Below, one piece after another: positions 1 to 7,369 of a stretch of DNA of 42,294 nucleotides. Source of the stretch: a virus. The notes below the pieces were generated by a model that was not told where the DNA came from, did not search any database, and saw only the letters and a program-made list of their open reading frames with translations. The DNA lies in IMG/VR virus record IMGVR_UViG_3300000969_000003, positions 1-42,294 of that record; one strand, 5' to 3'. Both the position numbers and the translations under genes were made by a program. The number at the start of each line of letters is the position of its first letter. Position 1 is the stretch's first letter.

Positions 1-49
1 TTCAGAACATATACTTTTATAGTGAGCTCTCTTTTCCTGGAAAAAAGAA
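1..49. repeat. 49-bp terminal direct repeat, copy 1 (identical to 42246..42294); assembly overlap of a circular or circularly permuted genome
   Basis: Direct reading: TTCAGAACATATACTTTTATAGTGAGCTCTCTTTTCCTGGAAAAAAGAA is present at both window ends, and a minus-strand reading frame crosses the junction in frame. Confidence 0.95.
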
Positions 50-444
50 ACTTCAGTAAATGCTTCAGGGATTTCGACAATGAATTGAAGACCGTTTCCA
101 GAAAAGACACAACCGGTTTTATTTGGGTCAAGTTTAGTGAGTTCAAAGAATATTGTCTTATACTCCTCAAGCCTCTCTATATCGAGATTATCAACGTCGA
201 AAGGGATAATCTTCTGAGACTCAAAAACTCTAAGCCTTCTTTGAGCTTTATCAGGGTCAACGCAATTAAGAGCAGTATAGTATATGTTCCAGCGTTCATC
301 TTCAGGAATCATATCAACAGCTTTGTCTATCTTTTTAAATAGATCAGCAACACTCAGCGGTTTAATTGTTTTAATGTGTCTGTGGAATAGGGTTTTCTTT
401 CCGTCTTTTTTTCTGGCGTTTCTTAACGCAATAATTTGAATCAT
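1..444 (-). CDS. Primase-polymerase (AEP) / P4-D5-type helicase fusion, N-terminal part; the gene wraps the window junction and continues at 42245..40257
   Basis: My own translation from ATG 444..442 (SD AAGGAAAGAGAA upstream) is open down to position 1: MIQIIALRNARKKDGKKTLFHRH...IIPFDVDNLD...CVFSGNGLQFIVEIPEAFTEVSFFQEKRAHYKSICSE. It shows a DxD motif (FDVD) and SGNGLQF, typical of AEP prim-pol domains. It is in frame with the 40257..42236 ORF through the 49-nt duplication. Confidence 0.85.
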   Translation of the reverse strand, partial: MIQIIALRNARKKDGKKTLFHRHIKTIKPLSVADLFKKIDKAVDMIPEDERWNIYYTALNCVDPDKAQRRLRVFESQKIIPFDVDNLDIERLEEYKTIFFELTKLDPNKTGCVFSGNGLQFIVEIPEAFTEVSFFQEKRAHYKSICSE

Positions 445-597
445 TTCTCTTTCCTTATCGTAACTAATAACAAACAGTTGTAGGACTGTGAACGGCTAGG
501 ATTACAAATTAAAAAGGCTTTGTCATGATATTTTTATTTGCAAATTATGACTCTGAGTGGGATAGTAGATAAGACTTTGTAGGAAGTCCATTCGTTC

Positions 598-659
598 TAG
601 GGCCTTAGTTTTCTGCTTTTCTCTCTTTCCAAATTTTGTGAAGTGTAACGAAGGCCCTA
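598..659. repeat. Perfect 9-bp inverted repeat TAGGGCCTT (598..606) / AAGGCCCTA (651..659) with a 44-nt pyrimidine-rich spacer
   Basis: Read directly in the ORF-free divergent control region. Confidence 0.8.
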
Positions 660-929
660 TACTTACGAGGGTGTTTTAATTTTCTTGAAAAGAGAATTAA
701 TTTAATAGGTTATGAGCCTGCACGCCCTCGCCATTTTAATCCTTGCATTTTTATAAATTTAATTTTAGGCTTATTTTATTATCTTCGCAGTCGAATGACC
801 CCGTAAAGGTTCGTGAAAAAGTCAAGAAGATGCAAGCGTTGTACTGCAAATGATCTTGCCCTTAGCCTAGAAAGCGTAATGGCGTCGGTGAGAAACTTCC
901 GTCCCTACTAGGTGGAAATTGGTTTTCCA

Positions 930-949
930 AAAGTGTTGCGAGACACTTT
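930..949. promoter_or_regulatory. 7-bp inverted repeat AAAGTGT-TGCGAG-ACACTTT; candidate operator or hairpin upstream of the first early gene
   Basis: Perfect palindrome arms at 930..936 and 943..949, about 30 nt upstream of ATG 978. Confidence 0.4.
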
Positions 950-957
950 GTTATTTA

Positions 958-980
958 AGTTAGAATAGGATATAGTTATG
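958..980 (+). promoter_or_regulatory. Conserved leader motif AGTTAGAATAGGATATAGTT-ATG, copy 1 (before the first plus-strand early gene)
   Basis: Near-identical copies occur on the minus strand at 39725..39702 (one extra A) and 27676..27654 (4 mismatches over the 23 aligned positions). The motif contains a TAGAAT -10-like hexamer fused to an AGGA Shine-Dalgarno. Confidence 0.6.
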
Positions 981-1277
981 AACACAATGCCAATGGGACG
1001 CCAGCAAGTCCAAGATCATCAAGTCAGAGAAATTTTAGACAAGAAGGGAAAGCCTGAGGTGCATATGCATATGGCCCTTACTTTTGTATGGGGAGGAAAC
1101 CCTATAGCAATCGACCCTGTTGATCGAAACCAACAAGAAAAAGAAATTAAGCAATTCGCAGTTGTTTCCAAATATGGTGAGCTGAGGATTAAAGACGTTA
1201 ATCGTGTGATGAATGAGTTTGGTCAGCTTATGACTAAGTACCTTAGAGAAACTGGAGCTTTGAAGCAAGGTGAATAA
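978..1277 (+). CDS. Hypothetical early protein (99 aa)
   Basis: ORF with AGGA SD 7 nt upstream. It is the first gene of the plus-strand operon. No motif recognised. Confidence 0.7.
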   Translation: MNTMPMGRQQVQDHQVREILDKKGKPEVHMHMALTFVWGGNPIAIDPVDRNQQEKEIKQFAVVSKYGELRIKDVNRVMNEFGQLMTKYLRETGALKQGE

Positions 1278-1443
1278 CGTCCTAGAGCTCCATACTTTAT
1301 GTCAGAAATGTAAGAACCATATTAAGAAAGGTGAGATATTTTACAAACACCCTGAGCATGGGATTGTCTGTGAATATTGTCCTGAGTTTAATGATGGTGG
1401 TATAGAGATAGTTACAGATTATAAGGAACCTAACAATGAGTGA
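1270..1443 (+). CDS. Small zinc-ribbon protein (57 aa, GTG start), below the ORF-track size cut-off
   Basis: My own translation: (M)NNVLELHTLCQKCKNHIKKGEIFYKHPEHGIVCEYCPEFNDGGIEIVTDYKEPNNE, with a CxxC-18-CxxC pattern. It exactly fills the 158-nt gap and overlaps the neighbouring stop and start codons. GGAG lies 12 nt upstream. Confidence 0.5.
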   Translation: MNNVLELHTLCQKCKNHIKKGEIFYKHPEHGIVCEYCPEFNDGGIEIVTDYKEPNNE

Positions 1444-1726
1444 GAATCAAATTGAAATTCCAAAGTTAGAAGAGATCACTCCCCACCTGGTAAAAGTACC
1501 CAAGAAAAAACCCGATGAAACCTATGTTGAGAGAGAACACAGAGTTGCAGCTCACAATAGTAATTTTATGATTGAAATAGAGCCCAGAGTAAAGAAGTGG
1601 AGTGAAGATCATAATGGTGAGCGTCCCCCAATCGCCAAAGATAGTGAAGGTAAATTCTTCTGGGTTTCTCGTAAGTCCAGAAGATTACAGCAATCAAGAA
1701 AGTATAAAAATAAAATCAAAAAATAG
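1436..1726 (+). CDS. Hypothetical early protein (96 aa, basic C-terminus)
   Basis: ORF with AAGGAAC upstream. No motif recognised. Confidence 0.7.
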   Translation: MSENQIEIPKLEEITPHLVKVPKKKPDETYVEREHRVAAHNSNFMIEIEPRVKKWSEDHNGERPPIAKDSEGKFFWVSRKSRRLQQSRKYKNKIKK

Positions 1727-1727
1727 C

Positions 1728-1756
1728 TTGCATTTCTGATAGCACTCTCCTATATT
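1728..1756 (+). promoter_or_regulatory. Sigma70-like promoter candidate TTGCAT-17 nt-TATATT
   Basis: -35 at 1728..1733, a 17-nt spacer, -10 at 1751..1756. ATG 1763 lies 6 nt after the -10 element and has no SD. Confidence 0.35.
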
Positions 1757-1762
1757 CTTTTC

Positions 1763-2173
1763 ATGCTTGAAACTGGAAAGAGATGCATAAGTTGTGACAG
1801 AAATAAATATATTAAAGAGTATAGGCCTGGGTCAGACCAGTGCTATGACTGTCAGAAACAAAATGCTTACCTACATGATGAAAAACAACTGCTATTGAGG
1901 TCAAAGTCTCTAAGAGGTGATTCTAATATCTCCCCTTGTTCTTGCGGAAATTTATATGAAAAACAGAGAATCGGAAAAAAGGGAACTATAAGAAATTATA
2001 GTTGTTGTTACTTATGCAAAAGTGTAAACCAGGGCGAATATGGTACGCAGGGGCTTGTCGAACCCCAGAGGGTGTTGAGAAGAGGAAAGCGAGAGAGCGT
2101 TCTTATAGGAAACGCCCCGAAATTAAAGAACGTGACCTCGCTCGTAAGCGTAAAAAATATAATGAGGACTTAG
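1763..2173 (+). CDS. Double zinc-ribbon protein (CISC..CYDC, CSC..CCYLC); its 3' part overlaps the next ORF
   Basis: Four Cys knuckles lie in the first 85 aa. The region after about 2014 overlaps a better-looking frame. Slippery heptamers occur at 1975..1981 and 2152..2158. Confidence 0.55.
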   Translation: MLETGKRCISCDRNKYIKEYRPGSDQCYDCQKQNAYLHDEKQLLLRSKSLRGDSNISPCSCGNLYEKQRIGKKGTIRNYSCCYLCKSVNQGEYGTQGLVEPQRVLRRGKRESVLIGNAPKLKNVTSLVSVKNIMRT

Positions 2174-2487
2174 AATTTAAACAAAAAATAAAACAGAAGC
2201 AAAGAAAGTATCAGTTAGAAAATAGAGAGAAACTAAACGAGAAAAAGAAGCTACTAAGAAGACAAAACAAGGAAAAGTATAATGAGCGAAACAGAGATTA
2301 TTACAGAAGAAACAGGAAGCACCGACTTAGTGTTATCAGAGCAGCAAGAATCAGAAGAAACCCCCTCTATGGAAGTAGTAAACTTATCGAACAGCTTAAG
2401 AAAGGAGAACTCAAGCTCGATAAATTTATTGACAGAGTCAGCGACATTGTTAATCACGTCAGCGAAAAGTCTTCTGGGGAATTATAA
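2014..2487 (+). CDS. Highly basic repeat protein (K/R-Y-x2-N-x-E type repeats); the frame is open from 2002
   Basis: The frame shows periodic SYRKRPEIKER / KKYNEDLEFKQK / RKYQLENREKLNEK / EKYNERNRDYYRRNRK repeats. The first ATG is at 2014 (track start 2002 is TTG). It overlaps both flanking ORFs. Confidence 0.5.
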   Translation: MQKCKPGRIWYAGACRTPEGVEKRKARERSYRKRPEIKERDLARKRKKYNEDLEFKQKIKQKQRKYQLENREKLNEKKKLLRRQNKEKYNERNRDYYRRNRKHRLSVIRAARIRRNPLYGSSKLIEQLKKGELKLDKFIDRVSDIVNHVSEKSSGEL

Positions 2488-2662
2488 AGGAGATTTTGGA
2501 GAGCAGCCTCTTAGAAAACCTACAATCTCAGAAGCTGAAACTGCTTTAAAACTAGCTCTTGCTGGTAATGAAATAATGAAGACAAAACTAGAGTATATTA
2601 AAACAGGCAAAGGTTTAATAAATGATATTTACGAGTTAATAGAAACAACAGAGGTTGAGTAA
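2282..2662 (+). CDS. Hypothetical acidic protein (126 aa)
   Basis: ATG preceded by AAGGAAAAG. The first 206 nt overlap the previous ORF in another frame. Confidence 0.65.
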   Translation: MSETEIITEETGSTDLVLSEQQESEETPSMEVVNLSNSLRKENSSSINLLTESATLLITSAKSLLGNYKGDFGEQPLRKPTISEAETALKLALAGNEIMKTKLEYIKTGKGLINDIYELIETTEVE

Positions 2663-3000
2663 TGAACTACACAGATGAGGAAGTAAATTCAGGTATCGCG
2701 GAGTTTATGGGTTATCAAGTTCAAGGCAGCTATCTATACGATAAAGAAGGAGCTATGTTTAACAGAGGTAAAGTATACACTGAATCGTTAGACTCTCAAA
2801 TAGCAGTTAAGGCTAAATTGAACATAGATGCAGATTTAAATGAGCGCTACTATTCTGATACATTTAGACAACACAATTTCTTTTTTGTAGACAGCGATGG
2901 CCAATCGCACTCAAGTTATGAGTCTGAACTTGGAGAGGAAGTTCAGAAAGCATCAGCGCATGCATTATATGAAGCAATACTAAAACTAAAGGAGAAGTGA
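2662..3000 (+). CDS. Hypothetical protein (112 aa), possibly phage ABA-sandwich-like
   Basis: ATGA-type coupling to the upstream gene. The N-terminal IAEFMGYQ resembles the AEkvMGW start of ABA-sandwich domains (weak recall). The C-terminus is ILKLKEK. Confidence 0.6.
   Translation: MNYTDEEVNSGIAEFMGYQVQGSYLYDKEGAMFNRGKVYTESLDSQIAVKAKLNIDADLNERYYSDTFRQHNFFFVDSDGQSHSSYESELGEEVQKASAHALYEAILKLKEK
2976..2996 (+). repeat. 21-nt direct repeat AATACTAAAACTAAAGGAGAA, copy 1 (SD-containing gene junction)
   Basis: Identical 21-mer at 3257..3277. Confidence 0.9.
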
Positions 3001-3281
3001 TGAAAAGCGCAAGAATTAAAAAGATAGATTTATCAGCACACTCTTACGCTGACAAACAAAGCTATAGGCCACACCATTCTGAATGGTTGAAGGCTCTTTT
3101 AGATTATAAAGAAGGATATATACAAGCGGTTGAAGATTTCAAAATATCTACCACGGATGAATTAGGCAACTGTCATGGAACCTCTATGAATAGAATTGAA
3201 TATTTGGAGCACCAGCTCAAGAGTGAAAAACAAGCTGTTGAACGCCTTAGAAAAGTAATACTAAAACTAAAGGAGAAATAA
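3000..3281 (+). CDS. Hypothetical protein (93 aa; track start 2997 is GTG)
   Basis: ATG 3000 overlaps the upstream TGA. GGAG lies 5 nt upstream. The C-terminus is ILKLKEK, identical to the previous gene. Confidence 0.7.
   Translation: MKSARIKKIDLSAHSYADKQSYRPHHSEWLKALLDYKEGYIQAVEDFKISTTDELGNCHGTSMNRIEYLEHQLKSEKQAVERLRKVILKLKEK
3257..3277 (+). repeat. 21-nt direct repeat AATACTAAAACTAAAGGAGAA, copy 2
   Basis: Identical to 2976..2996. Confidence 0.9.
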
Positions 3282-3518
3282 ATGAAAAGACAATTTAAAG
3301 AAATAGATTTTGACGTTTGGAGAACTCAATTCATCACTGATGAGATGAAAGCGGAACTTGAGAAAAGAGGAAATGAAAACTGCTATAGAGAGAGCCACTT
3401 AAAAAAGCTTCACAAAGATATGACTGATTTTTATAGAGCAGAGATTTCCTCAGCTAATGAACTTATCGAGGGTCTTTCTAAAATGGTTGAAGCTCTTGAG
3501 GGTGAAAAGAAAGCATGA
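3282..3518 (+). CDS. Hypothetical protein (78 aa)
   Basis: ORF with strong SD (AAGGAGAA). Confidence 0.7.
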   Translation: MKRQFKEIDFDVWRTQFITDEMKAELEKRGNENCYRESHLKKLHKDMTDFYRAEISSANELIEGLSKMVEALEGEKKA

Positions 3519-3778
3519 AGTACATAAAACTAGGTTCTTTTAGAGTCCCTGCGTACACTGAGAAAGGGAATAGGGACGGTTTTAAAACTATATATCCCGA
3601 ACTTGAAGATGCAGCTCGTTTCCTTCAATTAGACGTTAAAGAGTGTATTGCGTATAGACCTAGAAAACACCAGGAAGTAAAAAAAGAAAATATTTTTATA
3701 ATAACATCAGAGCATTTACTTGAAATGTACCCTGAGGAATTTGGAATGGGAGAAGAGGATTATGATGAAGAGTATTAG
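3515..3778 (+). CDS. Hypothetical protein (87 aa, acidic C-terminal tail EEDYDEEY)
   Basis: ATGA overlap with the upstream gene. Confidence 0.7.
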   Translation: MKYIKLGSFRVPAYTEKGNRDGFKTIYPELEDAARFLQLDVKECIAYRPRKHQEVKKENIFIITSEHLLEMYPEEFGMGEEDYDEEY

Positions 3779-3971
3779 CGAGCAGTTAAAAAGCATCGGT
3801 GAAATTATGAACATTGAGAACGTACCTGATTACACTTTTACATTTGGTAAGTATCAGGGAAGGTCTTTGAAATATGTTGTTGAGAGAGATGGCGATTACC
3901 TGGACTGGGTTAGAGATAATGTTTCAAATTGTAGTGTTACCCTTTTGAAATACTTGCAAAATAGAAAGTAA
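3762..3971 (+). CDS. DUF3820-like small protein (69 aa)
   Basis: FTFGKYQGRSLKYVVERDGDYLDWV matches the FGKyKG..l..v...d.gYl.Wl signature. I chose ATG 3762 (GGAGAAGAGGA upstream) rather than the track start at 3720. Confidence 0.6.
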   Translation: MMKSISEQLKSIGEIMNIENVPDYTFTFGKYQGRSLKYVVERDGDYLDWVRDNVSNCSVTLLKYLQNRK

Positions 3972-5443
3972 TGCAAAATCTAATAGCTAAACTCACAGAA
4001 GGACTTTGGAAACATCAAAAGGAAGCTGTTGAATATTGTCAGACAGCGAACCATTACGGTTTATTTATGGAGATGGGTACAGGTAAGACTGCAACCGCTA
4101 TAAATATTATGCGTCTTTGGTTTTTAAGAAGAAACAAAGTTGTAAATTCAATTGTTTTTTGTCCTCCTATTGTAGTGATGCAATGGAAAGATGAGTTTCA
4201 CAATTGGTCTAAGTTGGGCGTTTACGTTGTTCCTCTTGTTGGAACAGGTAAGAAGCGTTTAGAGATCATGAAAAAGGCTCTCGAATCCAATCGACCTAGT
4301 ATTTTCATAACGAATTATGAGAGCCTTCTCATGAAGCCGCTTTTCTCTCTTATGATGGATGCTTCTATTGAGGTCGGTATTTTTGATGAATCTCATAAGC
4401 TTAAAAATCCTGCTTCAAAGAGAACAAAAGCGGCCATAAAGTTATCGGACAAAATGAACCAAAAGTTAATACTAACTGGGACACCTATTTTAAACTCTCC
4501 AATGGATATTTATTCTCAGTTTAGAGTTATGGATGGGGGGAAAGCGTTTGGTAATAATTTTCATGTTTTCCAGGCCAAATACTTTGTTGATGTAAATATC
4601 AAGCTTAGGGGCACTCAGAAATATTTCCCTAACTGGATGCCCAGGAAGGGAATAGCTGGTGAATTTCACAAGATAATTGACTCAAACGCTTCTAGGGTTA
4701 AAAAAGAGGAATGTCTTGACCTACCTCCGCTTATTAGAAAAGAGGTTTGTGTCGAGCTCTCACCTGAGCAGAAAAGAGTTTATAAGGAACTTAAGAAGGA
4801 TTATATCTCTTTTGTTGAAGGCGGTGTTATAGAGGCATCTATGGCCCTCGTGAAGCTCTTGAGATTGCAGCAAGTTGTCTCAGGGTTTGTTACTTATGAA
4901 AAGACCATTGACTCAGAAGAAATAAGAGTTGAGAAGATGGAAGATAAAATCTTTGAGAACGTGCCAAGGTTAAATGCCCTTCACGATATTTTAGAAGAGA
5001 TTACCCCGAATAATAAAGTAATTGTTTGGGCTTGTTTTAAGAAAAACTATAAGCAGATTATATCTGTTTGTGAAAAACTAGGGATAAAGCATGTTGAGAT
5101 TTTTGGTGGCCAGACTAATAAACAAAGAGAAAAAGCAATCGACTCCTTTAGGAATGACCCTGATGTTAAAGTCGTTATTGCAAACCAACAAGCAGGGGGG
5201 ACTGGGCTTAACCTCATCGAAGCCTCTTATGCGGTCTACTATTCCAGGGACTATCGACTTGACTCTGATCTGCAATCAGAAGCTAGGAACTATAGGGGGG
5301 GCTCAGAAATGCACTCTAAGGTCACTCGAATAGATATAAAGTGCCCTGGGACTATTGATGATGTAATTTTAGAGACTTTAAAAAGAAAGCAAAATTTATC
5401 TGAGAAAATAGTTGACGGCTTAAATTTAATAGAGCATATTTAG
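3971..5443 (+). CDS. SNF2-family (SF2) helicase/ATPase
   Basis: Motifs seen: MEMGTGKTATAI (I), IFDESHKLKN (II, DExH), LILTGTPILNSP (III), QQAGGTGLNL (V), QSEARNYRGG (VI). Confidence 0.9.
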   Translation: MQNLIAKLTEGLWKHQKEAVEYCQTANHYGLFMEMGTGKTATAINIMRLWFLRRNKVVNSIVFCPPIVVMQWKDEFHNWSKLGVYVVPLVGTGKKRLEIMKKALESNRPSIFITNYESLLMKPLFSLMMDASIEVGIFDESHKLKNPASKRTKAAIKLSDKMNQKLILTGTPILNSPMDIYSQFRVMDGGKAFGNNFHVFQAKYFVDVNIKLRGTQKYFPNWMPRKGIAGEFHKIIDSNASRVKKEECLDLPPLIRKEVCVELSPEQKRVYKELKKDYISFVEGGVIEASMALVKLLRLQQVVSGFVTYEKTIDSEEIRVEKMEDKIFENVPRLNALHDILEEITPNNKVIVWACFKKNYKQIISVCEKLGIKHVEIFGGQTNKQREKAIDSFRNDPDVKVVIANQQAGGTGLNLIEASYAVYYSRDYRLDSDLQSEARNYRGGSEMHSKVTRIDIKCPGTIDDVILETLKRKQNLSEKIVDGLNLIEHI

Positions 5444-5483
5444 CTATCAATACAGATAGCAATTTTAACAAAGGAAAGAGAGA

Positions 5484-5912
5484 ATGAAAATCAGCGAAGT
5501 ACCAATGCAAGTAGATGGAAAAGACGTAATTATCAATGAGATTTTTTATAAGGCAAACCCGATAGATATGGGTCATCAATATCAAAAAGACTCCTTCTCA
5601 GGAAGGGGAGAAGTTGAAATTGAACCTTGGAGAGTTATATCAACAAACAATTCCGTAAGACATTTTAGACTTAGAAACGCATCAGGGTGTGAAGTTGTAT
5701 ATTCTTTAAAAGACGGATGTATCTGCGAAAATATATACTCAACTATTGAACAAGCTAGAATCAGAGTAAAAGAAATATTTCAAAACGATATAAACGCCCA
5801 TGACCAGAGATTGCGCAAGATGGATAAAGTAAAATCTAGCAAAGCTATACTCGTTAAAAAACAAGCAAAAGTATCTAAGCAAAAAGCAACAAAACTACCT
5901 AAAAAGGTTTAA
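5484..5912 (+). CDS. Hypothetical protein (142 aa, Lys-rich C-terminus)
   Basis: ORF with AAAGGAAAGAGAGA SD. Confidence 0.7.
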   Translation: MKISEVPMQVDGKDVIINEIFYKANPIDMGHQYQKDSFSGRGEVEIEPWRVISTNNSVRHFRLRNASGCEVVYSLKDGCICENIYSTIEQARIRVKEIFQNDINAHDQRLRKMDKVKSSKAILVKKQAKVSKQKATKLPKKV

Positions 5913-5913
5913 T

Positions 5914-7173
5914 ATGAACCCTGTTGATCAGATATACGAGGCGTTCAAAACCAATGACTTTGTTTTCTTAACAGGAGCAGGAGGGACTGGTAAGACTTAC
6001 ACTATAAACCAATTATGTGAGAAATTTACCCATGTAGCTAGAACAGCTACAACAGGAGTTGCGGCAACTCATATTAAGGGAGACACAATTCATAGATTTT
6101 CAGGGATTAAAGCTTACACGCACCCTGGTTCTCTTAATAAGATAACAAGCAGTCCTTATTTTGATTCTAATTTTGGCGATGGAATAAGAGAGGCGAATCT
6201 CATAATTATTGATGAGATTTCCATGCTTCATTTCAAGCAGCTTCATTTAATATCCAGAGTTTTTAAGTTCGCTATGGATAATGATAAGCCGTTTGGGGGA
6301 AAGAAAATCCTATTCTCAGGGGACTTTTTACAATTACCGCCAGTTGTGAAAAGTAAAACTGACACACACAGCCCTTGGGTTTTCGATTCCCCCCTTTGGA
6401 AAGAAGTCAAACCAGTTGTAATTGAACTTACTAAGGTTTGGAGGCAAGAAGGTCTTGATTTTACAAATACCCTTATGAACATTAGAAAAGGGATTTGTAC
6501 TCCTGAAGACGCTGATCTAATTAATTCAACTGAAAGTAATGACTTTGGAGATGTGACACCGGTTCGATTGGTTGGGACAAATGTTGAAGTTGATGAGATC
6601 AACACCGCTGAGTTTTTAAAGTCCCCTGAGGCTGAACAATACAGCTATGAGGCAATTGTTGAAATTCCTAATACCTCTAGTGATGCTCAGTATGAGTACA
6701 TGAAAGAACAGATTGTTAAATCAATGACTGTTCCTGAAATGCTAACTTTAAAAGTCGGTGTTCAGGTAATGATTCTTGCAAATGGTGAGGGTTATCACAA
6801 TGGTTCCCTGGGAGTAGTTAAGAAATGCGGCTTTGATAATATTAAAGTTCAGCTTATAAACGGTGATCTCGTTGAATTAGAACCTATTACGTGGGAGAGA
6901 CTAGACCACAACGACAACCCGGTTGCTACTTTTACTCAGATACCGCTGAGACTTGCTTATGCAATAACTGTACATAAATCACAGGGAATGACTCTTGATT
7001 GTTGTGAAATAGATATGAAAAGATTTTTCGCTCCTGGGCAAGCTTACGTTGCTTTATCAAGGGCAAAGTCTCTATTTGGTCTCAGGGTTTTAAATTTCAA
7101 CCCATCTAAAATATTAGCAAATTTCAATTCACTTAGATTTTATGAAGAGGTTCAAAATGCTAAGAACAGTTAA
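5914..7173 (+). CDS. Pif1/RecD-like SF1B helicase
   Basis: Motifs seen: LTGAGGTGKTY (Walker A), LIIIDEISML (Walker B), FSGDFLQLPPV, AYAITVHKSQGMTLD, YVALSRAKS. Confidence 0.9.
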   Translation: MNPVDQIYEAFKTNDFVFLTGAGGTGKTYTINQLCEKFTHVARTATTGVAATHIKGDTIHRFSGIKAYTHPGSLNKITSSPYFDSNFGDGIREANLIIIDEISMLHFKQLHLISRVFKFAMDNDKPFGGKKILFSGDFLQLPPVVKSKTDTHSPWVFDSPLWKEVKPVVIELTKVWRQEGLDFTNTLMNIRKGICTPEDADLINSTESNDFGDVTPVRLVGTNVEVDEINTAEFLKSPEAEQYSYEAIVEIPNTSSDAQYEYMKEQIVKSMTVPEMLTLKVGVQVMILANGEGYHNGSLGVVKKCGFDNIKVQLINGDLVELEPITWERLDHNDNPVATFTQIPLRLAYAITVHKSQGMTLDCCEIDMKRFFAPGQAYVALSRAKSLFGLRVLNFNPSKILANFNSLRFYEEVQNAKNS

Positions 7174-7369
7174 TTATAAAGAGAAAACTTATGAGTATAG
7201 TTATAAAAATGACTATCAAGACGTTTATAAAGAAAAGACTAGAGTTAATATAAATAGTAAAGATAGAACCTCTAGGACTTGTTTAAAATGCTCTGAGTAT
7301 TTTATTTCAAATAGTAAATTTAACCGTGTGTGCTATACATGCAGAGAGAAAAACAAAAAATATTGTTAG
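7157..7369 (+). CDS. Small zinc-ribbon protein (70 aa)
   Basis: C-terminal CLKCSEYF..(9)..CYTCREK. I chose ATG 7157 (GAAGAGG SD) over 7142. Confidence 0.6.
   Translation: MLRTVNYKEKTYEYSYKNDYQDVYKEKTRVNINSKDRTSRTCLKCSEYFISNSKFNRVCYTCREKNKKYC

Noticed and set aside
22-342. Listed 106-aa plus-strand ORF at the window start
   Set aside because: It lies antisense to the well-supported N-terminal prim-pol domain of the junction-spanning minus-strand gene. It has no SD and no recognisable motifs.
780-930. Possible tRNA or small structured RNA (GGTTCGTGA resembles a T-loop)
   Set aside because: I could not build an acceptor stem or a complementary T-stem around it, and no cloverleaf is supported.
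940-977. Sigma70 promoter TTGTTA-17-TATAGT immediately before ATG 978
   Set aside because: The predicted start site would fall inside the ORF and remove both the SD and the ATG. The TATAGT is more simply part of the conserved leader.
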